A stretch of 64,000 nucleotides of DNA from an uncultured Actinomycetes bacterium (GCA_963714865.1 CAVQPR010000001.1:2387560-2451559); one strand, 5' to 3'. Shown: positions 12,643 through 21,711, counted from the first letter of the stretch. Translations and numbers: made by a program. Notes: generated from the letters alone by a model not told the origin.

Positions 12643-13573
12643 TTGTTCATCGTCGCGAGGCCTCAGATCACCGAGGAGATCGTCTCGCCGACCCGGTCCC
12701 GGTTCGCGATCGAGCCGTTGGAGCCCGGGTTCGGATACACCGTCGGCAACTCGCTCCGTCGCACGCTGCTGTCGTCGATCCCCGGCGCAGCCATCTCGTC
12801 GGTTCGCATCGACGGCGTGCTGCATGAGTTCTCGACCATCCCGAAGGTACCAGGAGGATGTCACCGACATCATCTTGAACCTGAAGGAGCTCGTGATCCG
12901 TTCAGAGCTCGAGGAGCCCACGACCGTCTACCTGAAGGCCAAGGGTCCGGCGGAGGTCACGGCGGGCGACATCGCGCCGCCGGCGGGCGTCGAGATCTTG
13001 AACCCTGACCTGCACATCGCCACCCTCGCCCGGGGCGCCTCGGTCGAGATGGAGATGACGGTCGAGCGAGGGGTCGGCTATCGCATGGCCGACAGCAACA
13101 AGAAGGCGCGCGACCCGATCGGCGTGATCCCGGTCGACTCCATCTTCTCGCCGGTTCGCAAGGTGTCGTATGCCGTCGAGAACACGCGCGTCGAGCAGAT
13201 GACCGACCGCGACCGGCTGGTCATCGACGTCGAGACGGACGGCTCGTTGAATCCCCGCGAGGCAGTGGCCTCGGCGGGCGGCACGCTCTTCGAGCTCGTG
13301 AGCCTGTTCTCCGAACTCGCCGAGGCCGATTCGGTGACGGTGGGCCCGGCCGAGGACGACGAGCAGCCGAGCGACTACCAGATCACGATCGAGGAGCTGA
13401 ACCTGTCGGTGCGCTCCTATAACTGCCTCAAGCGCGAGGGGATCAACGCGGTCGGCGACCTGGTGGAAAAGAGCGAGTCCGAACTCATGGATATCCGCAA
13501 CTTCGGCCAGAAGTCGATCGACGAGGTGAAGGCCAAGCTCGAGGAGCTGGGCCTGGGACTGCGGGAGGAGTAG
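12643..13573 (+). pseudogene. rpoA: DNA-directed RNA polymerase alpha subunit, one extra base near 12850
   Basis: TTG 12643 follows a gaaggaggg RBS and gives [84 protein letters not shown]...IEELNLSVRSYNCLKREGINAVGDLV (ORF 12614..13573 frame) follows. Confidence 0.93.
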
Positions 13574-13576
13574 GCG

Positions 13577-13936
13577 GTGCCCAGGCCGAAGAAGGGACCC
13601 CGACTCGGGTCGAACCCGGCGCACCAGCGGCTCCTGCTGTCGAATCTGGCGGCCCAGCTGTTCACCCACGAGGCGATCAACACCACCGAGGCCAAGGCGA
13701 AAGCGCTGCGCCCCTACGCCGAGAAGCTCATCACCAAGGCCAAGCGCGGCGACCTTGCCGCGCGGCGTGAGGTGTTGAAGGACATCAGGGACCGCGACGT
13801 CGTGGCGCACCTGTTCCACGAGATCGGTCCACGCTTTGCCGACCGTCACGGCGGCTACACGCGGATCCTCAAGCTCGGACCTCGCAAGGGGGACGCCGCG
13901 CCGATGGCACGGATCGAGCTGGTCGAGCGGGGCTAG
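13577..13936 (+). CDS. rplQ: 50S ribosomal protein L17
   Basis: ORF 13577..13936. [55 protein letters not shown]...[20 protein letters not shown]. Confidence 0.96.
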   Translation: MPRPKKGPRLGSNPAHQRLLLSNLAAQLFTHEAINTTEAKAKALRPYAEKLITKAKRGDLAARREVLKDIRDRDVVAHLFHEIGPRFADRHGGYTRILKLGPRKGDAAPMARIELVERG

Positions 13937-13951
13937 TCCCACGGCACGCGC

Positions 13952-13977
13952 GAGGTCGGGCGTTCCTGCCCGGCCTC
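13952..13977. terminator. 10-bp GC-rich hairpin between the convergent rplQ and cupredoxin genes (possible bidirectional terminator, no U-tract)
   Basis: GAGGTCGGGC-gttcct-GCCCGGCCTC, with one G.U pair. It sits between two convergent stop codons. Confidence 0.4.
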
Positions 13978-13997
13978 GATCGCGTGCTTCGGGTGTG

Positions 13998-14483
13998 TTA
14001 CTCGACGGTGAAGCCGACCCGCATCCCCTCGGCGTAGTGTGCCTCGAGGGTGCCATCCGGCTCTTCCTGCAAGATGTTGCAGATCAGCGCGTACGTGCCC
14101 GCCTCGAGGTTGTCGATCGTGAGCGTCTGGGTGTCTCCGACCGCGATGTCCTCGATCTCGTCGACGACCGTCATGTCGTCTCCACCCTCCACTACGGCGC
14201 CGTCCTCATCGGTCGGCAGGGCCGTGAAGTCGAGGTCGGTCTGGATGACCACGAACTCATGGACATCATCGGGACCGTCGTTCGTGACCGTAAACGTCAC
14301 GGAGCCCGCCGGAGCACTCCCGGGATCCGCCGTCACGGCGAACTCTTCGAGCGTCACGGCGACCGTCCCGTCGCCCCCGTCCGCCGACGATGAGTCGTCG
14401 CTGCTGCAGCCGGCCAGCACGCCGATCCCCAGAGCCAGCGCGCCGACGACAACGACCCATCGAGATGGTCCTGTCACAAGCAT
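13998..14483 (-). CDS. Lipoprotein with a cupredoxin-like (type-1 copper site-like) domain
   Basis: Signal peptide plus lipobox VVVVGALALGIGVLAGC. Candidate ligands are DDVHEF ... ALICNILQEEPDGTLEAHYAEGM (H, C-x14-H-x4-M). The family call is from memory of plastocyanin/EfeO-Cup-like domains. Confidence 0.6.
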   Translation of the reverse strand: MLVTGPSRWVVVVGALALGIGVLAGCSSDDSSSADGGDGTVAVTLEEFAVTADPGSAPAGSVTFTVTNDGPDDVHEFVVIQTDLDFTALPTDEDGAVVEGGDDMTVVDEIEDIAVGDTQTLTIDNLEAGTYALICNILQEEPDGTLEAHYAEGMRVGFTVE

Positions 14484-14590
14484 TCATACCTCCCCCGTTC
14501 GGCTAACGCCTGAACGCTATGGCGTCTCCCGATAGCCGCTAGGGCCGAAGGGCCCCCACCCGGGAGGCGTTTGGCTCTCGACCGCCCCGC

Positions 14591-15373
14591 ATGGATACTC
14601 GGTCGATGAGCGTCACCGTTCGCCTCGATCTCGCCTACGACGGCTCGGGTTTCCACGGGTGGGCGCGGCAGCGCGACCCCGAGATCCGCACGGTGCAGGG
14701 GGAACTCGAGGGCGTGCTGGCCGACGTGCTGCAGGATGAGGTGCGGTTGAGCGTGGCGGGCCGCACGGACGCGGGCGTGCACGCCCGCGGCCAGGTGGCC
14801 TCGTTCCACGCGGCGCTCCGCGTCCCGCCGGTCGCGATGCGGGACGCCATCAACGGCGCGCTCGCGCCCGAGGTGGTGTGTACGAGGGCCATCGCCGCCC
14901 CCTCCGGGTTCGATGCCCGATTTTCGGCGTCCGCCCGCGAGTACCGCTACCGGATCGATCTCGGTGACGTGCCCAGCCCCTTCGACTCCCGGTTCGTGTG
15001 GCACCGGCCGGGAGATCCGACGCTCGGGGCGATGCGCTCGGCCGCACGCCATCTCGTAGGTGAGCACGACTTCACTTCCTTCTGTCGCCATCCGGGCGCG
15101 GGGCGCTCGACCATCCGCCGCGTCGATCGGATCACGGTGAGGCGCACGAGCGATCGGCTCGAGATCGCCATCCGCGCCAACGCGTTCCTGCATCAGATGG
15201 TGCGTGCCATCGTCGGAACCCTGGTCCGGATCGGTGATGGCAAGCTGGAGCCCGTCGATGTCGCTCGGCTCCTGGAGAACCGGGATCGCCGCGGGACCGG
15301 GAACCTCGCGGCAGCCCACGGGCTCACCCTGGAGCGGGTGATCTACGGACGCCGGAACGAACGATCCAGCTGA
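14591..15373 (+). CDS. truA: tRNA pseudouridine(38-40) synthase TruA
   Basis: ORF 14591..15373. RLDLAYDGSGFHGWARQ...AGRTDAGVHARGQVASF...YRYRI...HDFTSFC...FLHQMVRAIVGTLV. The start may be ATG 14606. Confidence 0.93.
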   Translation: MDTRSMSVTVRLDLAYDGSGFHGWARQRDPEIRTVQGELEGVLADVLQDEVRLSVAGRTDAGVHARGQVASFHAALRVPPVAMRDAINGALAPEVVCTRAIAAPSGFDARFSASAREYRYRIDLGDVPSPFDSRFVWHRPGDPTLGAMRSAARHLVGEHDFTSFCRHPGAGRSTIRRVDRITVRRTSDRLEIAIRANAFLHQMVRAIVGTLVRIGDGKLEPVDVARLLENRDRRGTGNLAAAHGLTLERVIYGRRNERSS

Positions 15374-15377
15374 TGCA

Positions 15378-15436
15378 TTGACGAACGTCGATATATGTGG
15401 CATCCTCCTATCTATCGACGAACATCGATGGATAGG
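15378..15436 (+). promoter_or_regulatory. Putative arsR-arsM promoter/operator: two GACGAAC(G/A)TCGAT boxes and an imperfect 12-6-12 palindrome overlapping the RBS
   Basis: GACGAACGTCGAT at 15380-15392 and GACGAACATCGAT at 15417-15429. CCTATCTATCGA (15407-15418) and TCGATGGATAGG (15425-15436) form an inverted repeat (11/12 match). TTGACG lies at 15378. Confidence 0.45.
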
Positions 15437-15444
15437 AGGGGGAC

Positions 15445-15801
15445 ATGGCACTCGACGTGGTGGATGAGGCACCGGCACGGTGCTGCGTGCCACTCGCCGA
15501 GGAGGGGCTGACCCGGGATGAGGCGGTGACGACGGCCCGGCTCTTCAAGGCGCTGGCGGATCCCCACAGGGTCCGCATCATGAACCTGCTCGCCACGAGC
15601 GAGGACGCGGTGTGCGGATGCGACCTGGAGGGCCCGCTCGGGTTGTCGCAGCCGACCGTGAGCTTCCACCTGAACAAGCTGTTCGACGCGGGCCTGCTCG
15701 ATCGCGACAAACGCGGCGTGTGGGTCTACTACTCGTTGAACCGCGACGTGGCCGATCGCCTCGGCAGTGTGTTGAACCTCGACCCAAGGAGCGCATCATG
15801 A
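15445..15801 (+). CDS. arsR: ArsR/SmtB-family metalloregulator
   Basis: ORF 15445..15801. LFKALADPHRVRIMNLLATSEDAVCGCDLEGPLGLSQPTVSFHLNKLFDAGLL is a winged HTH with a CxC metalloid site. There is an extra CC near the N-terminus. Confidence 0.9.
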   Translation: MALDVVDEAPARCCVPLAEEGLTRDEAVTTARLFKALADPHRVRIMNLLATSEDAVCGCDLEGPLGLSQPTVSFHLNKLFDAGLLDRDKRGVWVYYSLNRDVADRLGSVLNLDPRSAS

Positions 15802-16556
15802 ACGATCTGCGTGAACAGGTGAGGGAGCGGTACGCCGCGGCCGCGCTGGCCGTCGGCCAGGGGATGGCGGCCGACGACCGGGGCGACGCGTGCTGCGACT
15901 CGTCCTGTTGCGCCCCCGAGCAAGGGATCGGCCCAACGCTGTACGACGTCGGCGTGCGCGAGAGCCTGCCGGACGAGGCCGTGCTGGCCAGCATGGGGTG
16001 CGGCAACCCGACGGCGGTTGCCGAGTTGCGAGATGGCGAGGTCGTGCTCGATCTGGGCTCGGGCGGCGGGATCGACGTCCTGCTGTCGGCGCGGCGCGTG
16101 GGTCCCACGGGCCGCGCGATCGGACTCGACATGACCCAGGAGATGCTCGACCTCGCACGGGCCAACGCCCGGGAGGCGGGCGCCACCAACGTGGAGTTCG
16201 TGCAAGGACTCATCGAGGACATCCCGCTGCCGGAGGCAAGCGTCGACGTCGTGATCTCGAACTGCGTCATCAACCTGTCGACGGACAAGCCGACCGCGAT
16301 AGCCGAGATCGCACGGGTGCTGAGGCCCGGCGGTCGGGTCGGGATCAGCGACGTCGTCGCCGACGATCATCTGAGCGAGCAGGAGCGGCGCGCGCGCGGG
16401 TCGTACGTCGGCTGCGTCGCGGGCGCACTCACCTTCGCGGAGTACGGGGAACTCCTCATGGGGGCCGGGCTGGAGGGCGTGTCGATCGACGCCACCCACG
16501 AGATGACCGACGGCATCTATGGGGCGATCGTTCGAGCGCAGAAACCCCGACGTTGA
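15798..16556 (+). CDS. arsM: Arsenite S-adenosylmethionine methyltransferase (ArsM/AS3MT-like)
   Basis: ATG 15798 (ATGA overlap with the arsR stop). RERYAAAA...CCDSSCC...ASMGCGNP...VLDLGSGGGIDV...VISNCVINL...YVGCVAGA. All four Cys positions expected for ArsM are present. Confidence 0.85.
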   Translation: MNDLREQVRERYAAAALAVGQGMAADDRGDACCDSSCCAPEQGIGPTLYDVGVRESLPDEAVLASMGCGNPTAVAELRDGEVVLDLGSGGGIDVLLSARRVGPTGRAIGLDMTQEMLDLARANAREAGATNVEFVQGLIEDIPLPEASVDVVISNCVINLSTDKPTAIAEIARVLRPGGRVGISDVVADDHLSEQERRARGSYVGCVAGALTFAEYGELLMGAGLEGVSIDATHEMTDGIYGAIVRAQKPRR

Positions 16557-16594
16557 GCCGCGCTTTGACGCTGCGAGCCGGCCACCTGTAACCT

Positions 16595-16625
16595 GATGCG
16601 TCGGCCTCCATCGGGCCGACGCATC
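16595..16625 (+). promoter_or_regulatory. Perfect 12-bp stem / 7-nt loop hairpin ending 5 nt before the rplM ATG (leader structure or arsM terminator)
   Basis: GATGCGTCGGCC-tccatcg-GGCCGACGCATC. TTGACG at 16565 with TAACCT about 18 nt downstream could be a promoter. Confidence 0.4.
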
Positions 16626-16630
16626 CACGC

Positions 16631-17344
16631 ATGAAGACCTATTCTCCCAAGCCTGAGCACATCGAACGTAGCTGGTACGTCGTCGACGCCAGCGACAAGG
16701 TGCTGGGCCGACTCGCCACCGAGGTGGCGGCGCTCCTGCGGGGCAAGCACAAGCCGATCTTCGCCCCCCATATGGATGTCGGTGACCACGTGATCGTGAT
16801 CAACGCCGACAAGGTCGTGCTCACGGGCGACAAGGCCGACAAGAAGCTCTCCCACCGCCACTCCGGTTACCCGGGCGGCATCACCTCCACCAGGTACTCG
16901 ACGCTCATGGTCGAGAGGCCCGTGTTCGTGGTGGAGAAGGCCATCAGGGGCATGCTGCCCAAGAACCGACTCGGCCGGGCGATGTTCCGCAAGCTCCACG
17001 TCGTGGCCGGCGCTGAGCATCCGCATGAGGCCCAGCAGCCCGAGCCCTACGCGTTCGGCCAGGTCATCCCGTGGACGGGGCTCCCGAAGGCAGAACCCAA
17101 GATCGCACCCCGCCCCACGAAGGCATCGAAGGACGCCGCGATACCGGCCGAGGAAGCCGCTGCGGATGCGAAGGCCGCGAAGAAGCCAGCCGCGAAGAAG
17201 ACGACGGCGAAGAAGACGACGGCAAAGAAGCCAGCTGCGAAGAAGACGACGGCAAAGAAGCCAGCTGCGAAGAAGACGACGGCAAAGAAGCCAGCCGCGA
17301 AGAAGACGACGAACGCCAAGCCCACGAGCGAAACCGACGAGTAA
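16631..17344 (+). CDS. rplM: 50S ribosomal protein L13 with a Lys/Ala/Thr-rich repeat extension of about 90 aa
   Basis: ORF 16631..17344. [62 protein letters not shown]...YPGG...MLPKNRLG, then [26 protein letters not shown]... Confidence 0.94.
   Translation: MKTYSPKPEHIERSWYVVDASDKVLGRLATEVAALLRGKHKPIFAPHMDVGDHVIVINADKVVLTGDKADKKLSHRHSGYPGGITSTRYSTLMVERPVFVVEKAIRGMLPKNRLGRAMFRKLHVVAGAEHPHEAQQPEPYAFGQVIPWTGLPKAEPKIAPRPTKASKDAAIPAEEAAADAKAAKKPAAKKTTAKKTTAKKPAAKKTTAKKPAAKKTTAKKPAAKKTTNAKPTSETDE
17176..17312 (+). repeat. 30-nt tandem repeat (ggcaaagaagccagctgcgaagaagacgac), 3 full copies plus degenerate flanks, encoding [10 protein letters not shown]
   Basis: Units at 17221-17250, 17251-17280 (identical) and 17281-17310 (1 substitution). 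Related copies lie at 17176-17220. Confidence 0.9.
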
Positions 17345-17354
17345 GGGAGTCCGC

Positions 17355-17750
17355 GTGGCCGCCACACCCGTGAAGATCAACACCGGACGCCGTAAGGAGG
17401 CGGTAGCTCGCGTGCGCCTGGTGCCAGGCTCCGGGGAGTTCGCGGTCAACGGGCGCTCGCTCGAGGACTACTTCCCCACGCGGGTCCACCGCATGGTCGC
17501 CCAGTCGCCGCTTCGACTCGTCGAGCGGGAGAAGGACTACGACGTCATCGCGTCGATCAAGGGCGGTGGCGTCAGCGGGCAGGCGGGCGCGCTCCGGCAC
17601 GGCATCGCCCGGGCGTTGATCGAGATCGACCCCGAGCTGCGTGGCCAGCTCAAGGCCGAGGGCTACCTGACGCGCGACGCGCGTGAGAAGGAGCGCCGCA
17701 AGTACGGCCTCAAGAAGGCTCGCAAGGCCCCGCAGTACTCCAAGCGCTGA
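17355..17750 (+). CDS. rpsI: 30S ribosomal protein S9
   Basis: GTG 17355. [31 protein letters not shown]...[23 protein letters not shown]...[27 protein letters not shown]. Confidence 0.95.
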   Translation: MAATPVKINTGRRKEAVARVRLVPGSGEFAVNGRSLEDYFPTRVHRMVAQSPLRLVEREKDYDVIASIKGGGVSGQAGALRHGIARALIEIDPELRGQLKAEGYLTRDAREKERRKYGLKKARKAPQYSKR

Positions 17751-17769
17751 CCCCTCGAGCGGACGCCCT

Positions 17770-18018
17770 TCAGCCGTCCGCACCCTCCACGTCCTCGTCC
17801 TCGGCAAGGGCGAAGGCGCCGGATTCCACGGCATCGATCACGCCGATCGCCGCGGCCTCGTGTTCGGGCGCGACCCAAAGGAAGACCGGCCCCGCGCGGT
17901 ATGGGCCCTCTCCCTCTCCCTTCAGCATGACCGAGATCCCCTCGGCCTCGAGCCGCCCGCGCATCAGCGCGCCGGCGGTGTGGTCGGGCGTGGCATAGAC
18001 ACGGACGAGTCCTTCCAT
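17770..18018 (-). CDS. Small DUF2007-like (putative signal-transducing) protein
   Basis: ORF 17770..18018, 82 aa. VRVYATPDHTAGALMRGRLEAEGISVMLKGEG. The domain call is from memory. Confidence 0.5.
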   Translation of the reverse strand: MEGLVRVYATPDHTAGALMRGRLEAEGISVMLKGEGEGPYRAGPVFLWVAPEHEAAAIGVIDAVESGAFALAEDEDVEGADG

Positions 18019-18087
18019 ACGCAGATGGTGTCACAGGTGACGTCGCGGCGGTCGCGTTCCGCCCATGCGACCGGGTAGCCTGCGCCG

Positions 18088-19416
18088 ATGGGACGCCTGT
18101 TCGGAACCGACGGGGTGCGTGGGCTGGCTGGTTCGCAGCTCACGGCCGAGCTGGCGCGCGATCTCGGCGCGGCGGCCGTGATGGTGCTGGGCCGACATCA
18201 GGTCGGTCGCCCCCGGCTCGTGGTCGGGCGCGATCCTCGGTCATCGGGGGAGTGGCTGGAGGATGCGCTCGTGGCCGGGATCAGGTTGGCGGGCGGGGAC
18301 GTGGTGCTCGCCGGCGTTGAACCGACCCCCGCCATCGCCTTCCATACGGTGGACGCGCGCGCCTCGGCCGGTGTGGTCATCTCTGCGTCGCACAACCCGC
18401 CCGAGTACAACGGGATCAAGTTCTTTGCGGCGGACGGCACGAAGCTGCCCGACGACCTGGAAGACGAGATCGAGGCGGCCCTGGGCGCGCCAACCGCACG
18501 GGTCGAGCGCGGCGAGGTTGTGCCGGCGGGCGACGCCCGCGAACGCTACCTCCATCATCTCGAGTCTGCCGCGTACGCGCGGCTCGACGCGATGACGATC
18601 GTCGTGGACTGCGCGAACGGCTCCGCATCCGACATGGCACCCGAACTGCTCAGGCGGCTGGGGGCGACCGTCTATCCCATCCACGATCACCCGGACGGCG
18701 AGAACATCAACGACCGATGCGGCGCTCTGTTCCCGGACGCGGTCGCGGCCGAGGTCGTCCGGATCGGCGCCGATGCGGGCGTCAGCCACGACGGCGACGC
18801 CGACCGCGCCCTGTTCGCCGACGCGGAGGGGTCGATCGTCGACGGGGATCAAGTGCTGGCCGCCTGCGCGACGGCGATGCAGGAGGCAGGCGAACTTCCG
18901 GGCGACACGGTGGTAACGACGGTTATGGCCAACGTTGGGTTCCACCACGCCATGCGCGAGGCCAAGATCCGGGTGGTCTCGTCGCGAGTGGGTGACCGCT
19001 ACGTGTGGGAAGACATGCTCCGATGGGACGCGGCGATCGGAGGTGAGCAGTCGGGCCACATCATCTTCCGTGACCTAGCGTCGACGGGCGACGGGCTGCT
19101 GACGGCCGTCCGGTTCCTTTCGCTCGCCGCTGCCCGGGGGTGCTCGCTCGGTCAGCTGGCCTCGATCATGCGTCGGTATCCCCAGCGCATGGTCAATGTC
19201 GCCGTCGAGGATCGAGATGCCCTCGAGGCATCGTCCGCCGTTTGGGACGCCGTGAAGGTCGTGGAGGCGGCACTCGGTGAGGAGGGCCGGGTCCTCGTGC
19301 GCCCCTCGGGAACCGAGCCGCTGGTTCGCGTGATGGTCGAGGCCTCGTCCGAGGAGATCGCGACGGCCCACGCCGATCGGCTCGCGGCGCTCGTGGCGTC
19401 CGAACTCGGCGCCTGA
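18088..19416 (+). CDS. glmM: Phosphoglucosamine mutase
   Basis: ORF 18088..19416. MGRLFGTDGVRG...ISASHNPPEYNGIKFF...GVSHDGDADR...GGEQSGH. Confidence 0.95.
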   Translation: MGRLFGTDGVRGLAGSQLTAELARDLGAAAVMVLGRHQVGRPRLVVGRDPRSSGEWLEDALVAGIRLAGGDVVLAGVEPTPAIAFHTVDARASAGVVISASHNPPEYNGIKFFAADGTKLPDDLEDEIEAALGAPTARVERGEVVPAGDARERYLHHLESAAYARLDAMTIVVDCANGSASDMAPELLRRLGATVYPIHDHPDGENINDRCGALFPDAVAAEVVRIGADAGVSHDGDADRALFADAEGSIVDGDQVLAACATAMQEAGELPGDTVVTTVMANVGFHHAMREAKIRVVSSRVGDRYVWEDMLRWDAAIGGEQSGHIIFRDLASTGDGLLTAVRFLSLAAARGCSLGQLASIMRRYPQRMVNVAVEDRDALEASSAVWDAVKVVEAALGEEGRVLVRPSGTEPLVRVMVEASSEEIATAHADRLAALVASELGA

Positions 19417-19461
19417 TGGGGGCGACGTCCCTCCACTGACCCGCTGCTAGGGTGAACGCCT

Positions 19462-21291
19462 ATGTGCGGCATCGTCGGCTACGTGGGTCCGGACCAGGCG
19501 CTCCCCGTCCTGCTCGACGGCCTGCGGCGCCTTGAATACCGGGGATACGACTCCGCCGGCGTCGCCGTGCTCGACGATGATCTTGCCGTGGTCAAGCGGG
19601 CCGGCAAGCTCGCGAAGCTCGAGGCGCTTCTCGAGCGCGAGGGCGGTCGTGCCGGCACCATCGGGATGGGGCACACGCGATGGGCGACCCATGGGGCCCC
19701 TACCGACGGGAACGCGCACCCGCACACCGACTGCTCGGGCCGCGTGGCCGTGATCCACAACGGCATCATCGAGAACTTCCAGGCGTTACGTACCCGGCTC
19801 GACAAGGACGGCCATACCTTGGTCTCCGACACGGACACGGAGTGCGTGGCGCACCTGATCGAGGAGCGGCTGGCTGAAGGGGCGGGGCTGCCCGACGCCG
19901 TCCGCGGGGCCGTGGCCGATCTCGAGGGCGCGTACTCGCTCGTCGTGGCGTCCCTGAGCGATCCGGAGGTGCTGGTCGGCGTGAAGGTGGCCTCGCCGCT
20001 GATCCTCGGGCTGGGCGAGTCGGAGAACATGCTCGCATCGGACATCCCCGCCGTGCTCTCACGAACGCGGACCGTCGTGCCGATGGCGGAGGGCCAGGTC
20101 GCCGAGGTGCGCGCGGCCGGAGTGCGGATCACCGATCTCGACGGCGTCGAGGTGCCGATCGAGCCGATCGAGGTCACCTGGGACGTCGCCCAGGCGCAGA
20201 AGGGCGGGTACGACTCGTTCATGCGCAAGGAGATCGACGAGCAGCCCGACGCGATCCGCGACACGCTCGTGGGGCGCGTGATCGGCGGCCGGCTCACCTT
20301 GGATGAGCTCCACGTGAGCGACGACATGCTCCGTGAGGTCAGCAAGGTCTTCGTGGTGGCGTGCGGGACGGCGTTCCATTCCGGGCTCGTCGCCAAGTAC
20401 GCGATCGAGCACTGGACCCGGCTGCCGGTTGAGATCGAGATCGCAAGCGAGTTCCGCTACCGCGACCCGGTCCTGGGGCCCGACACGCTGACGCTGGCCG
20501 TCTCGCAGAGCGGCGAAACGATCGACACTCTCGAGGCGGCCCGCCATGCTCGCCGGCAGGGCTCCCATGTGATCGCCATCACGAACACGGTGGGATCCTC
20601 GCTCGCTCGTGAGGCCGACGGCGTGCTCTACACGCACGCGGGGCCCGAGATCTGCGTGGCCGCCACGAAGACGTTCGCGACCCAGATGGTGTCGCAGTAC
20701 CTCGTGGCGCTGTACCTCGCTCAGATCCGCGGAGCGATGTTTCCCGAGGAGATCGCCGAGGTCATGGCGCGACTCGAGGAGCTTCCTGGGCAGGTGGCCC
20801 GCGCCATCGAGCTGGAGCCCCAGGTGCGCGAGCTTGCCGAGCGCTACGTCGACCGTCCTGACGTCCTGTTCATCGGGCGGCACACGGGCTACCCGGCCGC
20901 CCTGGAGGGAGCCCTCAAGCTGAAGGAGCTCAGCTACGTGCATGCCGAGGGATTCCCGGCCGGCGAGCTCAAGCACGGGGCGATCGCCCTGGTCGAGGAC
21001 GGTGTGCCCGTGGTCGCGGTCGCCACCACGTGCCACATCTACCCCAAGATCCTGTCGAACATCCAGGAGGTGCGTGCCCGGGGCGCACGGGTGATCGCCG
21101 TGGCGACCGAGGGTGATGATCGGGTGGGCGAGCTGGCGCATCACGTCCTCGCGGTCCCGGAGACGCCCGAGCTGCTGGCCCCCGTGGTCGTCACGGTGCC
21201 ATTGCAGCTGTTCGCCTACCACGTGGCCACCCTGCGGGGCTGCGACGTGGACCAGCCCAGGAACCTCGCCAAGAGCGTCACGGTCGAGTAG
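19462..21291 (+). CDS. glmS: Glutamine--fructose-6-phosphate aminotransferase
   Basis: ORF 19462..21291. MCGIVGYVG...RLEYRGYDSAG...two SIS domains...DQPRNLAKSVTVE. Confidence 0.96.
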   Translation: MCGIVGYVGPDQALPVLLDGLRRLEYRGYDSAGVAVLDDDLAVVKRAGKLAKLEALLEREGGRAGTIGMGHTRWATHGAPTDGNAHPHTDCSGRVAVIHNGIIENFQALRTRLDKDGHTLVSDTDTECVAHLIEERLAEGAGLPDAVRGAVADLEGAYSLVVASLSDPEVLVGVKVASPLILGLGESENMLASDIPAVLSRTRTVVPMAEGQVAEVRAAGVRITDLDGVEVPIEPIEVTWDVAQAQKGGYDSFMRKEIDEQPDAIRDTLVGRVIGGRLTLDELHVSDDMLREVSKVFVVACGTAFHSGLVAKYAIEHWTRLPVEIEIASEFRYRDPVLGPDTLTLAVSQSGETIDTLEAARHARRQGSHVIAITNTVGSSLAREADGVLYTHAGPEICVAATKTFATQMVSQYLVALYLAQIRGAMFPEEIAEVMARLEELPGQVARAIELEPQVRELAERYVDRPDVLFIGRHTGYPAALEGALKLKELSYVHAEGFPAGELKHGAIALVEDGVPVVAVATTCHIYPKILSNIQEVRARGARVIAVATEGDDRVGELAHHVLAVPETPELLAPVVVTVPLQLFAYHVATLRGCDVDQPRNLAKSVTVE

Positions 21292-21336
21292 CCGCTCCGC
21301 CTCGGTTCCCGCGCCCGGGTCGCGTAGCCTTGTGCG

Positions 21337-21711
21337 GTGGAGATCGTCGGGCTGGGAGTCGACATCTGCGAGATCGCGCGCATGGAGCGCGCCCTCGTCC
21401 GGCACCCGACGATGCGCGCCCGGGTCTTCACTCCGGACGAGATCGCCTACTGCGACTCCAAGGCACGGCCCGCAGAGTCCTTCGCGGGCCGCTTCGCGGC
21501 CCGCGAGGCCGTGATCAAGTCCCTCGGCGGATACCGCGCGCGCGGCTGGAGGGACATCCACGTCGTCCGCGCCCCTTCAGGTGCGCCGGCCATCGCCCTC
21601 GATGGGAACGCCGCCCGGCGTGCCGCTGAGATCGGGGTGTCGCGGGTGCTCATCACGTTCACCCATGAGCGAACGAACGCGGTCGCCTTCGCAGTGGCGG
21701 TACGAACATGA
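21337..21711 (+). CDS. acpS: Holo-[acyl-carrier-protein] synthase
   Basis: ORF 21337..21711. IVGLGVDICEIARMER...FAGRFAAREAVIKSLG. Confidence 0.9.
   Translation: MEIVGLGVDICEIARMERALVRHPTMRARVFTPDEIAYCDSKARPAESFAGRFAAREAVIKSLGGYRARGWRDIHVVRAPSGAPAIALDGNAARRAAEIGVSRVLITFTHERTNAVAFAVAVRT

Noticed and set aside
14535-14570. GGGCC-gaag-GGCCC hairpin between the cupredoxin gene and truA as a terminator
   Set aside because: It lies between two divergent gene starts, so it cannot terminate either gene. It is too short (5 bp) to interpret.
17047-17834. Antisense ORFs over the L13 repeat region (17047..17367 -, 17064..17834 -) and alternative + frames (17025..17750, 17071..17373)
   Set aside because: Periodic repeats keep all frames open. 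Only the L13 and S9 frames give conserved protein sequence.
19416-19462. glmS ribozyme upstream of glmS
   Set aside because: Only about 45 nt separate glmM from glmS, far too short for the ribozyme, which is about 170 nt. No conserved core is visible.
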